Below, piece by piece: positions 38,790-50,290 of a DNA stretch of 64,000 nt. A model generated the notes under the pieces. The model saw only the letters and a list, made by a program, of their open reading frames with translations. It was not told the DNA's origin and did not search any database. Position 1 is the first letter of the stretch, and every line of letters starts with the position of its first letter. A program made the translations under genes and the position numbers. This DNA is from Chiloscyllium plagiosum (lineage: Eukaryota): NCBI RefSeq assembly GCF_004010195.1, contig NC_057719.1, positions 19,477,562 to 19,541,561 of the forward strand, read 5' to 3'.

Positions 38790-39115
38790 TTTTAAAATTT
38801 GCTCACAGGATGGGGGTGTCACTGCCCTAAGTCAACATTCCTTGTCTATTCCTAATTACCCACAAGGAGTGGTAGTGAACTTCTTTCTTGACTGCTGTAG
38901 CCCTTAAGGTTTAGGGATTCCTACGGTGCTGTTAGAGTGATAGTTTCCAGATTTGGACCTGGCAATAATGAAGGAACAGTGATATAATGCCAAGTCAGGA
39001 AGATTTGTAACTTGGAGGGGAGTTTACAGGTATTGGTGTTCCACTGCACCTGCAGTCCTGTCTTTCTTAGTGGTAGAGAATATAAGTTTGGGAGATTCTG
39101 TCAGAGGAGCTGCAT
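38790..39115 (-). mobile_element. YKAQVR-type LINE 3' fragment
   Basis: Reverse complement of the tail seen at 34540-34840 and 46880-47180. Confidence 0.65.
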
Positions 39116-39264
39116 TGAGGTCTGAATGTCTAGTTACTTAATCAGCTCACTAACAAAGGAACAAAAACATTGTGGATGTCAGAAAACTGAAATAAAAGCA
39201 GAAAATATAGTAAACACATAATTGGTCTGGCAACATTTGGAAGGTTGCCGACTTGAAATGTTTA

Positions 39265-39429
39265 GGAGAAAGTGAGGACTGCAGATGCTGGAGATCAGAG
39301 CTGAAAAATATGTTGCTCGAAAAGCGCAGCAGGTCAGGCAGCATCAAAAGAGCAGGAGAATCGACGTTTCGGGCATAAGCTCTTCTTTGATGCTGCCTGA
39401 CCTGTGCTTTTCCAGCAACACATTTTTAA
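39265..39429 (-). mobile_element. PLE family a mini-element inside an older family b element (~39170-39507)
   Basis: 15-bp TSD GACTTGAAATGTTTA at 39250-39264 and 39430-39444; inverted arms. Confidence 0.85.
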
Positions 39430-39807
39430 GACTTGAAATGTTTACTCTGTTTCTTACCACAGAGGCTGCCTAACCTGGAGAATGTTCCCAGCAATTTCTG
39501 TTTTTACTGACCATTCAGCTAATTGTTCAACATTGGAAAATAAATTCATCAGATAGAATGTGATTTTAAAATAGGTTACAAATTGGTTTCGCTTCGCAGT
39601 CTAATGTTTAGCAGTCACAATGTCATTCCTAAATGTCTAGTATGATGTCACTGATTTTCTTGCTCATTATCTCCTGTCTCCATGATCTGTAAAGTAGAGA
39701 ATGATCACTACAGAGATCAAGTGTAAGAATCTGGCTTTCACATCAATAACAACCCGGAAACAACTTAGAACCGTGCATACATTTGGAAGTCCACCATTAT
39801 TTTTATT

Positions 39808-40190
39808 ATAAGACCATTAGAAGAAGAAGCAAAAATAGGCCATTCAGCCAACTGATACCACTCTGCTGTTCAATGAGATCATGGCTGTTCTGATAATGCT
39901 CAAATCTACTTTCCTGCCTTTTCCCTTTGATTCTCTATCCCTTTTTGATTAAAAGTCTGTGTGTCTCAGCCTTGGATATACTTAACAAACCAACCTTAAT
40001 TGTCCTCTACAGTAAAGAATTCCACACTTTCATTACATTATGAGAGAAGAAATTTCTCCTCATCTTTATCTTAAATATGTGACCCTTTTTCTGAGATAAT
40101 GCCTTCTTGTCTGAGACTATCTCACAAGCGGAAATAAACTTTCTTCATCTACCCTGTCAAGTCCTGAAGAATATTGTATGTTTTAATAAG
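39808..40190 (-). mobile_element. Old CR1 3' fragment
   Basis: ATAAGACCAT-type tail, AGGCCATTCAGCC stem, GAATTCCAC (WNS). Confidence 0.75.
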
Positions 40191-41249
40191 TTTGAGATAT
40201 TGTCCACCATCATCATTTTCATCATCCATGTCTTTATTAATGGAAGACTTGACCATTAGAACATACCCCTGGCTAATCTCCAGAAAACAACTTTTCAGGA
40301 ATTATAGTACAACAAAATCGTAGAATGAGAAAAATCCATTGATAATATACCATGGGTAATAAAGTAGCCTGTTATGCTCTATGCCCAAAGTGTGTTCAAT
40401 GTACCACATCATGGTCTCAACACAGCTATGCTGTCATCGACATAACCCAAAGGAGAAATTCTATATAATTGTCCTTTGATACCAAGCGTTTGTCAAGCAG
40501 ACATTGATCCTGCATTCTGTTTCAAGTCATAGAGTCACAGAGTCATACAGATCCTTCAGTCCAACTTGTCCAGACTGACCACATATCCTAAATTAGTCTT
40601 GTCTCATTTGAGCATTGATTACCAGCCACCTGTCTTCCAAAGCAAACCCTATCCTTCCCCCACTCACCCAGCATCAGTAGTAGAACTCATTGTTTATTTG
40701 ATCAACGTGGATTACGCTTTTTGTCATCTTTAATACCAATGGCTTTGCAAATTCCAATGCTTGCATCAGTAGTATTGCACTTATGCTTATTAATTGGATC
40801 GTTTTCATGTTGAAAGAAAACATCATGATTACGACGATACGTTACAGAGAAGGGCTGTCAGTTTTAATCTTCCTCACTTGTGCACACACAATCTGTTCTC
40901 CTACTGCGCACTGGAAGATAAAAGGCAATAAAAAGTAAAACAGATAAATACAATGGAGTAGGACCATCACTCAGTGTAGTGCTGAACTAATAGGCTGTGT
41001 CCACATCAAGGTGAGATGATGAGTGAAACTGCAACACTGTCTACAGTGAGCTAATGAAAACTGGCAGCCAAGTCATCTTAAACTGCTTTTGGTTGTCTCT
41101 CAATGGTCAGTCAAAGGTTAACAATAGCTACCTGCTCGTACTCATAACTGGAGAAATGCACTTGACACTTGTGGGAGAAACTAGTTCCTGGGTAATATAA
41201 AGCATGGAATTGGTTCAGCCATTTTAACATCTGTTTTCTTCCTTTATAG

Positions 41250-41423
41250 GAAGAGTGGCTGATTGAAACTCAGAAATTACAACTGGATGAAATTCTGAAA
41301 AGCTGCAAGAGAAACCTGCTCATGAGACAAGAAAAGATGGAAGAGGAGAAGGATGAGGACAAGAAGCAAGCACTATCTTTGGAATTAACATTGGAGTAGA
41401 CTAGAATAAAATTTGAAATGCAG
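41250..41423 (+). pseudogene. Candidate coiled-coil exon with an in-frame TAG (or terminal exon)
   Basis: ctgttttcttcctttatag| ... cag|gttagg, 174 nt phase 0-0: EEWLIETQKLQLDEILKSCKRNLLMRQEKMEEEKDEDKKQALSLELTLE*TRIKFEMQ; TAG 41397, AATAAA 41405. Confidence 0.65.
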
Positions 41424-41694
41424 GTTAGGTAAGATTAACTGGTTGAGAATGCTATGACAGAGTATATGGTGATTGAAGATCTCCCTCAGTAAATGTAGGC
41501 AAACATTGTATAGAAGATACATAGAATTGATTCACTGAATGCATGCAAAAACTGTTCATACAAGCACATTAGATACTGACATAGCTCATATGTACAAACT
41601 GTGTGCAAATATTGATGTACAGACACCATCAATACTGTCACAATTTAGTTACTATATCATATCAACTTTGTACATGTCACTTCTTTAAATAAGG

Positions 41695-41826
41695 TCAGGA
41701 GTGTGTTGCTGGAAAAGCACAGCAGGTCAGGCAGCATCCGAGGAGCAGAAAAGTCAACATTTCAGACTTAAGCCCTTCATCAGGAAGGGCTAATGATCTC
41801 CAGCATCTGCAGACCTCACTTTCTTC
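41695..41826. mobile_element. Penelope-like mini-element
   Basis: GTGTTGCTGGAAAAGCACAGCAGG..GCCCTTCATCAGGAA joined to TGATCTCCAGCATCTGCAGACCTCACTTTC. Confidence 0.8.
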
Positions 41827-42234
41827 GACTTTGTAAAACAAGTTTAAAACACAAAATTGAGTCATTTTCATGCGAGAAAAAAGTATGTAAGAACTAACAT
41901 GTACAGATCCTATTCACATGATTCCTTTGGACATTAATGTATATCTCAGCATTTTTCAAAAGACTATATTTTAGAGTTAATTATATTTTAATCATAATTC
42001 TGTAATTAAACAGAGACTCATTTATGAAATAAAATGGTACAGTATTTAACAAATGAGCAAGAAGATCATTGATCTATTGTTTGAATAAGGTAGCTCTCTG
42101 ACGCAGTAATACTGTGGTCATAATTAAATCAACCAGCCCCCCTCACAGTCATATTGAACATTATGCCACTCTTATTTATGAAGTAATGTAATACTATCAC
42201 AATTAGGTCAATCTTCTAAATAAATGAGCAAATG

Positions 42235-43050
42235 GATAAGAAGATGGAGTAGGTCACTCAGCCCCTTCAGCATGCACTGTCATCCAATGAGTTCATGACT
42301 GATCTTGTTCTTCAAATTCCCCTCTCCCCTGATAACTTATCATCCCTTTGATTTTCAAGAATCTCTCTACCTCTGCCTTAAATGTAAGACTCTGTTTTCA
42401 CTGCCTTATGAGAAAGAGAATTTTAACTATTTTCAATACTCTGTGAGAAAAAAAATCTTCAAATTCCTGACTTAAATAAGCTCCCATTAACTTTAAACAG
42501 TGAGCCTAGTTATAGATTGTCCCATGAGAGGAAATATCCGAGAGTCATGTGTACAGAAACAGTCCCGTCGGTCCACCATCTCCACATCCACCTTGCAAAG
42601 GCTCCTTTATCCAATATGTTTCAATTAATTTGCCTCTTGCACTTCCGCAGATGCAAGCCTAGCCTATCCAACCTTTCTTCAGGGGAAAAGTCAGCCATTG
42701 TAGATATTAGTCTTGCAAACCTTCTCTGAACTACTTTCAATGCTTTTACATTCTTAAACTAAAAAAGCTAAGTCTTTACGTAATCCTTCCAATTTGGTCT
42801 CAAAAATACCTTGCATAACTGAAGTATAGCATCTCCAGTTTTGTGTCCAATTCCTCTCAGAATAATCAATAAAATTCTGATAGACTTTCCAATTACTTGC
42901 TGTACCTGCCCACTAACTTCTGCAATTCATGTACTAGAACATTTCAGAACTCTGCTATTTCTAGCTTTTAGACAAAATGCTTCTTTTTATTCTTCCTGCC
43001 ATTCCATATTTTTCCACATTAAACTCAATTTTGCAGATCTTTCTCCACCT
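42235..43050 (-). mobile_element. Old CR1 3' part
   Basis: GGAGTAGGTCACTCAGCCCC 3' stem and degraded RT C-terminal motifs. Confidence 0.65.
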
Positions 43051-43532
43051 TTACAGCTTTTATCATCTTCAAACTTAGCAATCATACTGCAGGAAACTGA
43101 ATCACTTTGCACATAAGTCGTTTACTAGAAAATCATGAAACTAGCCAGTGAGGATGCCTGCAGGAGAGATGTTGTATGATGAGACTGATGGATACTCTCC
43201 ACCATAGTACAGACTGACATTGTCTGGTCCAAAGCTGATGTATAGTTTGTGACTATTTGAATGGTAACTGCAGTAGGAGGGTGTTAAGTGAATACGAATT
43301 GTCAAATAGACAATGGTACTGTGTCAAACATAGGCTTCACAGACCTATACAAAGTGGCTCAAGATGATGATCCAGATATGAAGACCTTGAATGTAATGTA
43401 GAGGTTTTACTATGGAATGGTTATCATCATGAGGTGACTAATTTAACTCTTCATTCCAACTGAGTTAATTTAAAACTAGAACTGGTCACCCCACACTTAC
43501 CAGAAGTGATTTGCAGTGCTTGCAGACACAAA

Positions 43533-43816
43533 GCGGCACAGTGGCACAGTGGTTAGCACTGCTGCCTCACAGCACCAGAGATCTGTGTTCAATTCCCCCC
43601 TCAGGTGACTCTCTGTGGAGTTTGCACATTCTCCCTGTGTCTGCGTGGGTTTCCTCCGGGTGCTCCGGTTTCCTCCCACAATCCAAAAATAGGCAGGTTT
43701 GGTAAATTGGCCAAACTAAATTGCCCGTAGTGTTAGGGGAAGGGTCTGGGTCAGTGTGGACTTGTTGGGCCGAAGGGCCTGTTTCCACACTGTAAGTAAT
43801 CTAATCTAATCTAATC
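43533..43816 (+). mobile_element. HE1-like SINE (copy 1, internal deletion)
   Basis: tRNA-like head, V core, (CTAAT)n tail. Confidence 0.92.
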
Positions 43817-43927
43817 TTAAAAATAAAGCCATTCACTGTGAAAAGTACAAAGATGTTTTGGACATCTTCCTGGTGAATAGCATCTCGAAGTGAATGATAG
43901 TGTGAGACCAATTCAGCATCTGCTGTG

Positions 43928-44405
43928 GGCGGCACGGTGGCACAGTGGTTAGCACTGCTGCCTCACAGCGCCAGAGACCCGGGTTCAATTCCCGACTCAG
44001 GCGACTGACTGTATGGAGTTTGCACATTCTCCCCGTGTCTGCGTGGGTTTCCTCCGGGTGCTCCGGTTTCCTCCCACACTCCAAAGATGTGCAGGTTAGG
44101 TGAATTGGCCATGCTAAATTTCCCGTAGTGTTAGGTAAAGGGGTAAATGTAAAGTATTGGGTGGGTTGCGCTTCGGCGGGTCGGTGTGGACTTGTTGGGC
44201 TGAAAGGCCTGTTTCCACACTGTAAGTAAAAAGGTAAAAATCAACCTTTTTATTCCTGATGAAGGACTTTTGCCCGAAACGTCGATTTTGCCTGTCCTCG
44301 GATGCTGCCTGAATTGCCTGTCCTCGGATGCTGCCTGAATTGCTGTGCTCTTCCAGCACCACTGATCCAGAATCCACACTGTAAGTAATCTAATCTAATC
44401 TAATC
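43928..44405 (+). mobile_element. HE1-like SINE (copy 2) with a PLE in its tail
   Basis: Intact A/B boxes (TGGCACAGTGG, GGTTCAATTCC), many CpG retained. Confidence 0.93.
44230..44372 (+). mobile_element. Penelope-like fragment with hammerhead motif
   Basis: 16-bp TSD TCCACACTGTAAGTAA at 44214-44229 and 44373-44388; CTGATGA..GAAACGTC; internal ~26-nt tandem duplication. Confidence 0.85.
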
Positions 44406-45759
44406 TTAAAAATAAAGCCATTCATTGTGAAAAGTACAAAGATGTTTTGGACATCTTCCTGGTGAATAGCATCTCGAAGTGAATGATAGTGTGAGACCAA
44501 TTCAGCATCTGCTGTGAAGAATTGCAGCTGCTCTCAAGTCCAGCCTGAAAGTCAAAGTAGAAGACAGTAATTTTAAAAAATGACAATTCCAAAAGACTGT
44601 GTTGGCAGCAGGATGGCAGTGAAAAAGAATGGAAAGCTGAGGGTATCTATTGGTTCACGGGATTTCAATAGATCCTTGAAGAGGTCTCTTTTTCAATGGT
44701 TGGCATGCAGTAGTAAGGATGTATCGAAATCTTCCTTTTCCAGCTCTTCCATTTTGACTTTCAGGCGGGACATGAGAGCCATCATTGACTTAAAGAAAAT
44801 GACTGATGAAAAGGTAAGTGAAGTTGGATGAGAATAACAGTTTTCTGGATATTACTCGAGAGAGTAACACTTGACATTTTCACTGCTGCACAACAGTATC
44901 AGTGCAGGCAGCATAAGAAAGTCAATGAATTTCCTTAAAGCAATCGTAGCCGATCTGTTAGTTTATAGAAGTGGAGATGCAATGAAAGAAACCATTGCAG
45001 ACTACGATCAGAGTGTAATGCAACTGCCACACAGAGCTTACCAAGTGAGCCCGAAGCTGAACAAATAAAGAAATTGCAATTGATGATGACTGAAGATAAG
45101 CATGTGTGTCATGTACTGACAGCGAGTCTGTGTGTTTTCCTGATCCTAGCAAGGTCAAAGATGTAGTAGAGATGCACTGACAGATCAATAATTTGTTGGA
45201 TTCACGTACTGCCTCGCAAAGTTCTCGTCTAATTTGTCATCAGAATGTGAAACTATGCAGAAGCCTACTACAAAAGCTAGCAATGCTGTTACTGCACGGA
45301 GCTGTATGTGTTGTATGGGAGAATTAGAAAGGCTTAATAGCGATTTGAGTGCAATAAGCGCCATTTACTTTGGTGATGTCATTAAGACTTGCTAACATGA
45401 GATCTCATGGGAGTCCCACCCAAAACTATCTCCTCCCAATAGTCTTGATAATAATGTAGGCTATATTCTTATAACTTGCATTTGTTGTGGAGATGGAATA
45501 AACTGCATCTGGTTTACTCTACCAGTTAGAGCAGAAATGACGATCTTCGCACACACTAGACCATGTAAGTTCCCAAAGAACCCACATGCTTAGAAGATGC
45601 AATTGGCAGCACATACAACAAGAACAAGAAACAGCTTTCATTTACGTCAAACAGCTGGTGATAACAATGTCAATGCTGATGTACCACCATGTCAATGATG
45701 TGGTTGCTGCAATGAGTCACTCATCTTCTGACTACTCAGAGCCTATACATTATTCACAA

Positions 45760-46268
45760 AGCATAAGTCAGGAGTGTGATGGAAAACTCCCACTTGTCTG
45801 GATGGGTGTGGCTCCAACAACATTCAAGAAGCTTGACACCATCCAGGACCAAGCAGCTCACTTGATTAGCAGCGCTACCACTAACATCCACTAACATCGA
45901 CACTCAATAATAGTGGTTTATACCACCTACAAGACGCATAGCCAAGGCTGCTTTGACAGCACCTTCCAAACCCATGACCCCTCCAGTCTAGAAGTACAAG
46001 GGCAGCAGATACATGGAAACATTACCACTTGCAAGTTCCTGTCCAAGCACTCAGCATCCTGATTTGGAAGTATTTTACTGTTCATTCAGTGTTGCTGGGT
46101 CAAAATCCTGGAATTCCCTCCCGAACTGCATTCTAGGTTTATCTACACCAATTGGACTGCAGCAATTCAAGAAGGCAGCTCACCACCGCCTTCTCAAGGA
46201 CAATTAAGGATGGTTAATAACTGCTGGCCCAGCCAACAACAACGAGAACCCATTAGTGAGTTAAAAAA
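45760..46268 (+). mobile_element. YKAQVR-type LINE 3' fragment
   Basis: PLVWMGVAPTTFKKLDTIQDQAAHLI; GSKSWNSLPN. Confidence 0.82.
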
Positions 46269-46282
46269 CACTTGGGATCATC

Positions 46283-46445
46283 AAAGTTTGTGAGAAGATT
46301 TGTAGCTCGGGCGCTCGTTGTTGTGGTTCTGTTCGCCGATCTGGGAATTTGTGTTGCAGACGTTTCGTCCCCTGTCTAGGTGACATCCTCAGTGCTTGGG
46401 AGCCTCCTGCGAAGCGCTTCTGTGATGTTTTCTTCGGCATTTATA
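46283..46445 (-). mobile_element. Penelope-like terminal fragment (family c)
   Basis: CpG-rich young fragment ending ..CCCGAGCTACAAATCTTCTCACAAAC on the - strand; contains a hammerhead motif. Confidence 0.7.
46356..46395 (-). ncRNA. Minimal type I hammerhead ribozyme (best-formed copy)
   Basis: GCA-CUGAGGA-U-GUCACCU-AGAC-AGGGGAC-GAAAC-GUC/UGC: stem I GCA:UGC, 6/7-bp stem II, GUC triplet. Confidence 0.72.
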
Positions 46446-46479
46446 ATAATCCTGTAATCTAACCTAAACCATCACCAAT

Positions 46480-47183
46480 AAGAGACACTCTAACTATCGC
46501 TCCTTAACATTCAACCGTATCATTGAATCTACCACTGTCAACATCCTTGGGGTTACCATTGACCAGAAACTCAGCTGCATTCACCACATAAACCCAGTGG
46601 CTACAAGAGACTAGGGATACTATGGCGACTAATCACTTCCTGACACCCCAAAGTCTATCCACTGTCTACAAGGCACAAGTCAGGAGTGTGATGGAATACT
46701 CCCCACTTGCCTGGATGGGTGTAGTTCCAACAACACTCAAGAAGTTTGACACCATCCAGGGCAAAGCAAGCCACTTGATTGGTACCACATCCACAAACAT
46801 TCAATCCCTCCATCACCAATGCTCAGTAGAAGCAGTGTGTACTATCTACAAGATGCACTGCAGAAATTCACCAAAGATCCTTAGAAAGCACCTTCCAAAC
46901 CCATGACAACTTCCATCTAGAAGGACAAGGGCAGCAGATACTTGGGAATACCACCACCTGCAAGTTCCCCTCCAGGCCACTCACCACCCTTGTTTGGAAA
47001 TATATTGCTGTTCCTTCACAGTCATTGGGTCAAAATCCTGGAATTCCCTCCCTACCAGCATTGTGGGTCCACCCACAGCAAGTGGACTACAGCGATTCAA
47101 GGGCATTTTCTCAAGGGCAAACTGGGGTGGGCTATCAATGCTGGCCAGTCAGCAACACCCAAGTCCCACAAATGAATAAAAAA
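46480..47183 (+). mobile_element. YKAQVR-type LINE 3' fragment
   Basis: ORF 46622..46906 LTPQSLSTVYKAQVRSVMEYSPLAWMG; tail AAATGAATAAAAAA. Confidence 0.85.
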
Positions 47184-48972
47184 TATATATTTTCATGCAG
47201 CATTATAATGGATTAATATTTCATTAGAAATGTGCCGTAATTTGTCCTGAGTTTGTACCTTGCAAGTTAGATTACTTACAGTGTGGAAACAGGCCCTTCA
47301 GCCCAACAAGTCCACACCGACCCTCCGAAGAGCAACCCACCCAGACCCATTCCCCTACACCTAACCTACGGGCAATTTAGCATGGCCCATTCACCTAACC
47401 TGCCCATTTTTGGACTGCGGGAGGAAACCAGAGCACCCGGAGGAAACCCACGCAGACACGGGGAGAATGCAAACTCCACACAGTCAGTTGCCTGAGGCAG
47501 GAATTGAACCCGGGTCTCTGGTGCTGTGAGGCGGCAGTGCCGACGACTGTGTCTCCGTGCCGCCTGTATTATTCAGGGTTGAGTCCTGCATTTTTGCATA
47601 GCATGACTTGTCCTTTGGATTGCATGAGGCTTTGCATAGTGTACTCATCTGCACTTGCATTTTGATGGATTTTCACAGTGAGTTGCAGGGACTTGCACAG
47701 GTATTGTAATGCAGCTTTGTTAAATGCTTTTGGTCTGTTTCATTCTATTTATTTGGGGCACTGGAATTGATTTGTCCAACTGTTTGAGGCGGAGCTGCAC
47801 AGTTTGCTAGTATTGATGGACATTGTGCTGGTAATGTGCATCTGGAAAGTTGGCCATGTCAAACATGCTGTGTCCTTATCGACTATATTTGGGGCAACAT
47901 TGGAAGTTGTAACGGCAATTTTATGCTTCCCTATGATGCAGAAAATCTCCGCGTGTGTCACTGTCTAAGCCAGTAAATTGTTGCAAGAAATGTTGCCAAT
48001 TGTGGTTTGGCATTTAGCTGTTCAGCTAATTATGTGAGGCATTTCTAATGCACTCCATTGACAACCTGAGGTGAACAGAGTTATACTCAATGGACCTGTG
48101 ATGCAGTGGGTAGCACTCTCCCTTCCACTTCTGAAGGTTAGGGATTCGCGTCCTAATACTTGTCAGTAGGGACCAGTCAGGTAGAGGGAGACAGCTTGCT
48201 GTACCGCACATTGAGATGTCAGTCTAACACCTACAGTATGTGCCAGCTGCCTGTGCAGCAGATACAGTGCACCTTTAATCAACCAAATGGCCCTGTCAGA
48301 AGGTGGGTGTGCGCCAGTCCTCAGTTCGGTCAAGGCAGGGAACACTGTTGGTCAGGTGTCCAGGTACTGTCAGTCACAAGTACACAATGCAGGGGCTTTG
48401 TTACATTCATTTGGGCTCAGCCTGGTTATGGAGTCTGCCTGATTCGACTCTGGGAGCGAGTGACTCGAGGACCAGCACTGACAGGTAGGGGACTCATAAG
48501 ACCAGGAGCTGGGAAGATTGCAGTCTTGTCAGTCGTGTCTAGGAGCTATTCATTGCAGTCAGTCACATGCCTGGTGTCCTGTCTAACCTGGCACTGATCA
48601 TTGAGGAGTGTCCGGCCGGAGGGTGTGGGGGGCCGGGGGGGGGCTGGTTTCCTGAGGGACTTTGAGGGAGGCAGAAGGGGAATTGCTGCCAAAAAGGCAT
48701 GGGAAAGTCAGGGCACAGGCAGGAGTTAGCAGGGAGAACAGAGACATATGGGGAGATGAAACGTAAACTAGGTAACCACTTTGCAAAAATCTGCATTCTG
48801 TACACAAAAAAAAAGTCTCATGTAATCCAAAGGACAAGTCATGCCATGCAAAAATGCAAGACTCAACCCTGAATAAATTGCAAGATACAAACTCAGGACA
48901 AATGATGGCACAAATCTAACGAAATATGAATCCATTATAATGCTGCATGAAAATGTATTTTTTTTTATTCAT
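47172..48972. mobile_element. Fold-back / MITE-like element with ~160-bp inverted termini
   Basis: 47172-47265 plus 47566-47632 is the reverse complement of ~48812-48972; left arm split by a SINE; no transposase seen. Confidence 0.75.
47266..47563 (-). mobile_element. HE1-like SINE
   Basis: Head, V core and TTAGATTACTTACAGTGTGGAAAC tail. Confidence 0.92.
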
Positions 48973-48974
48973 GT

Positions 48975-49485
48975 TTGCCTGCCATTTCAACGCACCACAT
49001 TGTCCCCTGCCAACGTCTCTGTCTCAGGTTTGCTGCTGCAAATCTCAGTGCACACAGCTTCTCATTTTCCACTTGGAGACTCTGCAACCTTTTGGACTCA
49101 ATACTGAGTTCAGTAATTTTAGAGTCTGAGCACCTTACCGAACTCCCACACACACCAGGCCTTGTCATCACATGGGCTGCTGTCACACACAACCTATTGT
49201 CAGCCATAATGGTCCCCATTAGCACCTATTCATTGTCCCAGTCTGACCTTTACTCACTCCTTTGTCTACCCAATTGTTTTTCTCTCTATCTGGGCTCCAT
49301 TTCCACTTATCGTCTACTTTTTCTTCCGCCCACACCCTCCTTCCTCAGCATATATACCAACCGTTTCCTAGCTCCAACCAGTTCTGAAGAGGGGTCACTG
49401 GACCTGAGACGTTAACTCTGCTTTCTTTGCAGAGATGCTGGCAGAGCTGCTGAGTTTCTCCACCAGTTTCTGTTTTTGTTTCTGA
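48975..49485 (+). mobile_element. Penelope-like element 3' end: GIY-YIG C-terminus plus pLTR (family b)
   Basis: CHFN...LIFHLETLQPFGLNTEFSNFR*; AGTT-CTGAAGA-GGGGTC-ACTG-GACCT-GAGAC-GTT-AACT at ~49380-49417. Confidence 0.82.
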
Positions 49486-49531
49486 CAGGGGTTTACTCTC
49501 CACTAATTTAACCTTTCTTCAGGTTTATGTG

Positions 49532-49751
49532 GAGAAAGTGAGGACTGCAGATGCTGGGGATCAGAGCTGAAAATGTGTTGCTGGAAAAGCGCAGCAGGTC
49601 AGGCAGCATCAAAGGAGAAGGAGAATCGACGTGTCGGGCATAAGCCCTTCTTCAGGAATTCCTGAAGAAGGGCTTATGCCCGAAACGTCGATTCTCCTTC
49701 TCCTTTGATGCTGCCTGACCTGCTGCGCTTTTCCAGCAACACATTTTTAAG
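49532..49751 (-). mobile_element. PLE mini-element forming a 178-nt loopless palindrome
   Basis: 49570-49747 palindrome centred on GAATTC, one mismatch seen; 14-bp TSD TTCAGGTTTATGTG at 49518-49531 and 49752-49765. Confidence 0.9.
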
Positions 49752-50272
49752 TTCAGGTTTATGTGCCCAAGTACACTTCACTTTGCAAGCAAACTCTCTT
49801 TGTAACATGCAGTAGTTATTACATTTGCAGGTTCACAATGTGCTCAATAGTTATTGAGAACCCCAAGAGTTGGTCGATAATCTAAAACTCACTGCCAGTA
49901 CTCCCTTCCTTATCAACCATAAGTAAACAGACAGGGGCATCAATTCACCATAATCTGAGTTGATTTGCTATAGTTTGCAATGGAATTTTTATAGCAAGTT
50001 AATGAAAAACAGAAGCAAAAGGACTAAAAATGAGACTTTGGTGTTTAAACATAACTTGATATTTACTTAAAGTACAACTGCTGGATGTGTTAACCTTAAT
50101 TAATCTCTCAATGGAGACATTGAACTGTTTATTAACTGTTAAGGATTAAAGCCGTAACGAATCTGCTGTCATTCTTGCCCTGATACATTGATAGATATGT
50201 CAAGAACTGCCGAAATATTACTTTCAGCCCTCGTAGGGCAGTCACTCAATACAACATAACAAATGTGATAGT

Positions 50273-50290
50273 TTGCCACCTAGTGGGCCA
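50273..50290 (-). promoter_or_regulatory. Putative CTCF site
   Basis: - strand TGGCCCACTAGGTGGCAA matches the CCA(C/G)YAG(G/A)TGGC core. Confidence 0.5.

Larger units (their letters stand above)
43250..45715 (+). mobile_element. Second, heavily decayed Gypsy pol remnant interrupted by SINEs
   Basis: CQIDNG (protease-like, ~43300); DCVGSRMAVKKNGKLRVSIGSRDFNRSLKRS (RT); AIVADLLVY (xxDD); PDPSKVKDVVEM; EQETAF..VKQLV. No LTRs found. Confidence 0.65.

Noticed and set aside
15121..41423. Stop-codon readthrough or RNA editing rescuing the candidate exons
   Set aside because: Every stop codon is one change from Gln/Arg, so this pattern is uninformative; frameshifts and damaged donors favour decay.
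43928..44000. tRNA gene-like A/B boxes
   Set aside because: SINE heads followed by the V core and a LINE-like tail; no full cloverleaf.
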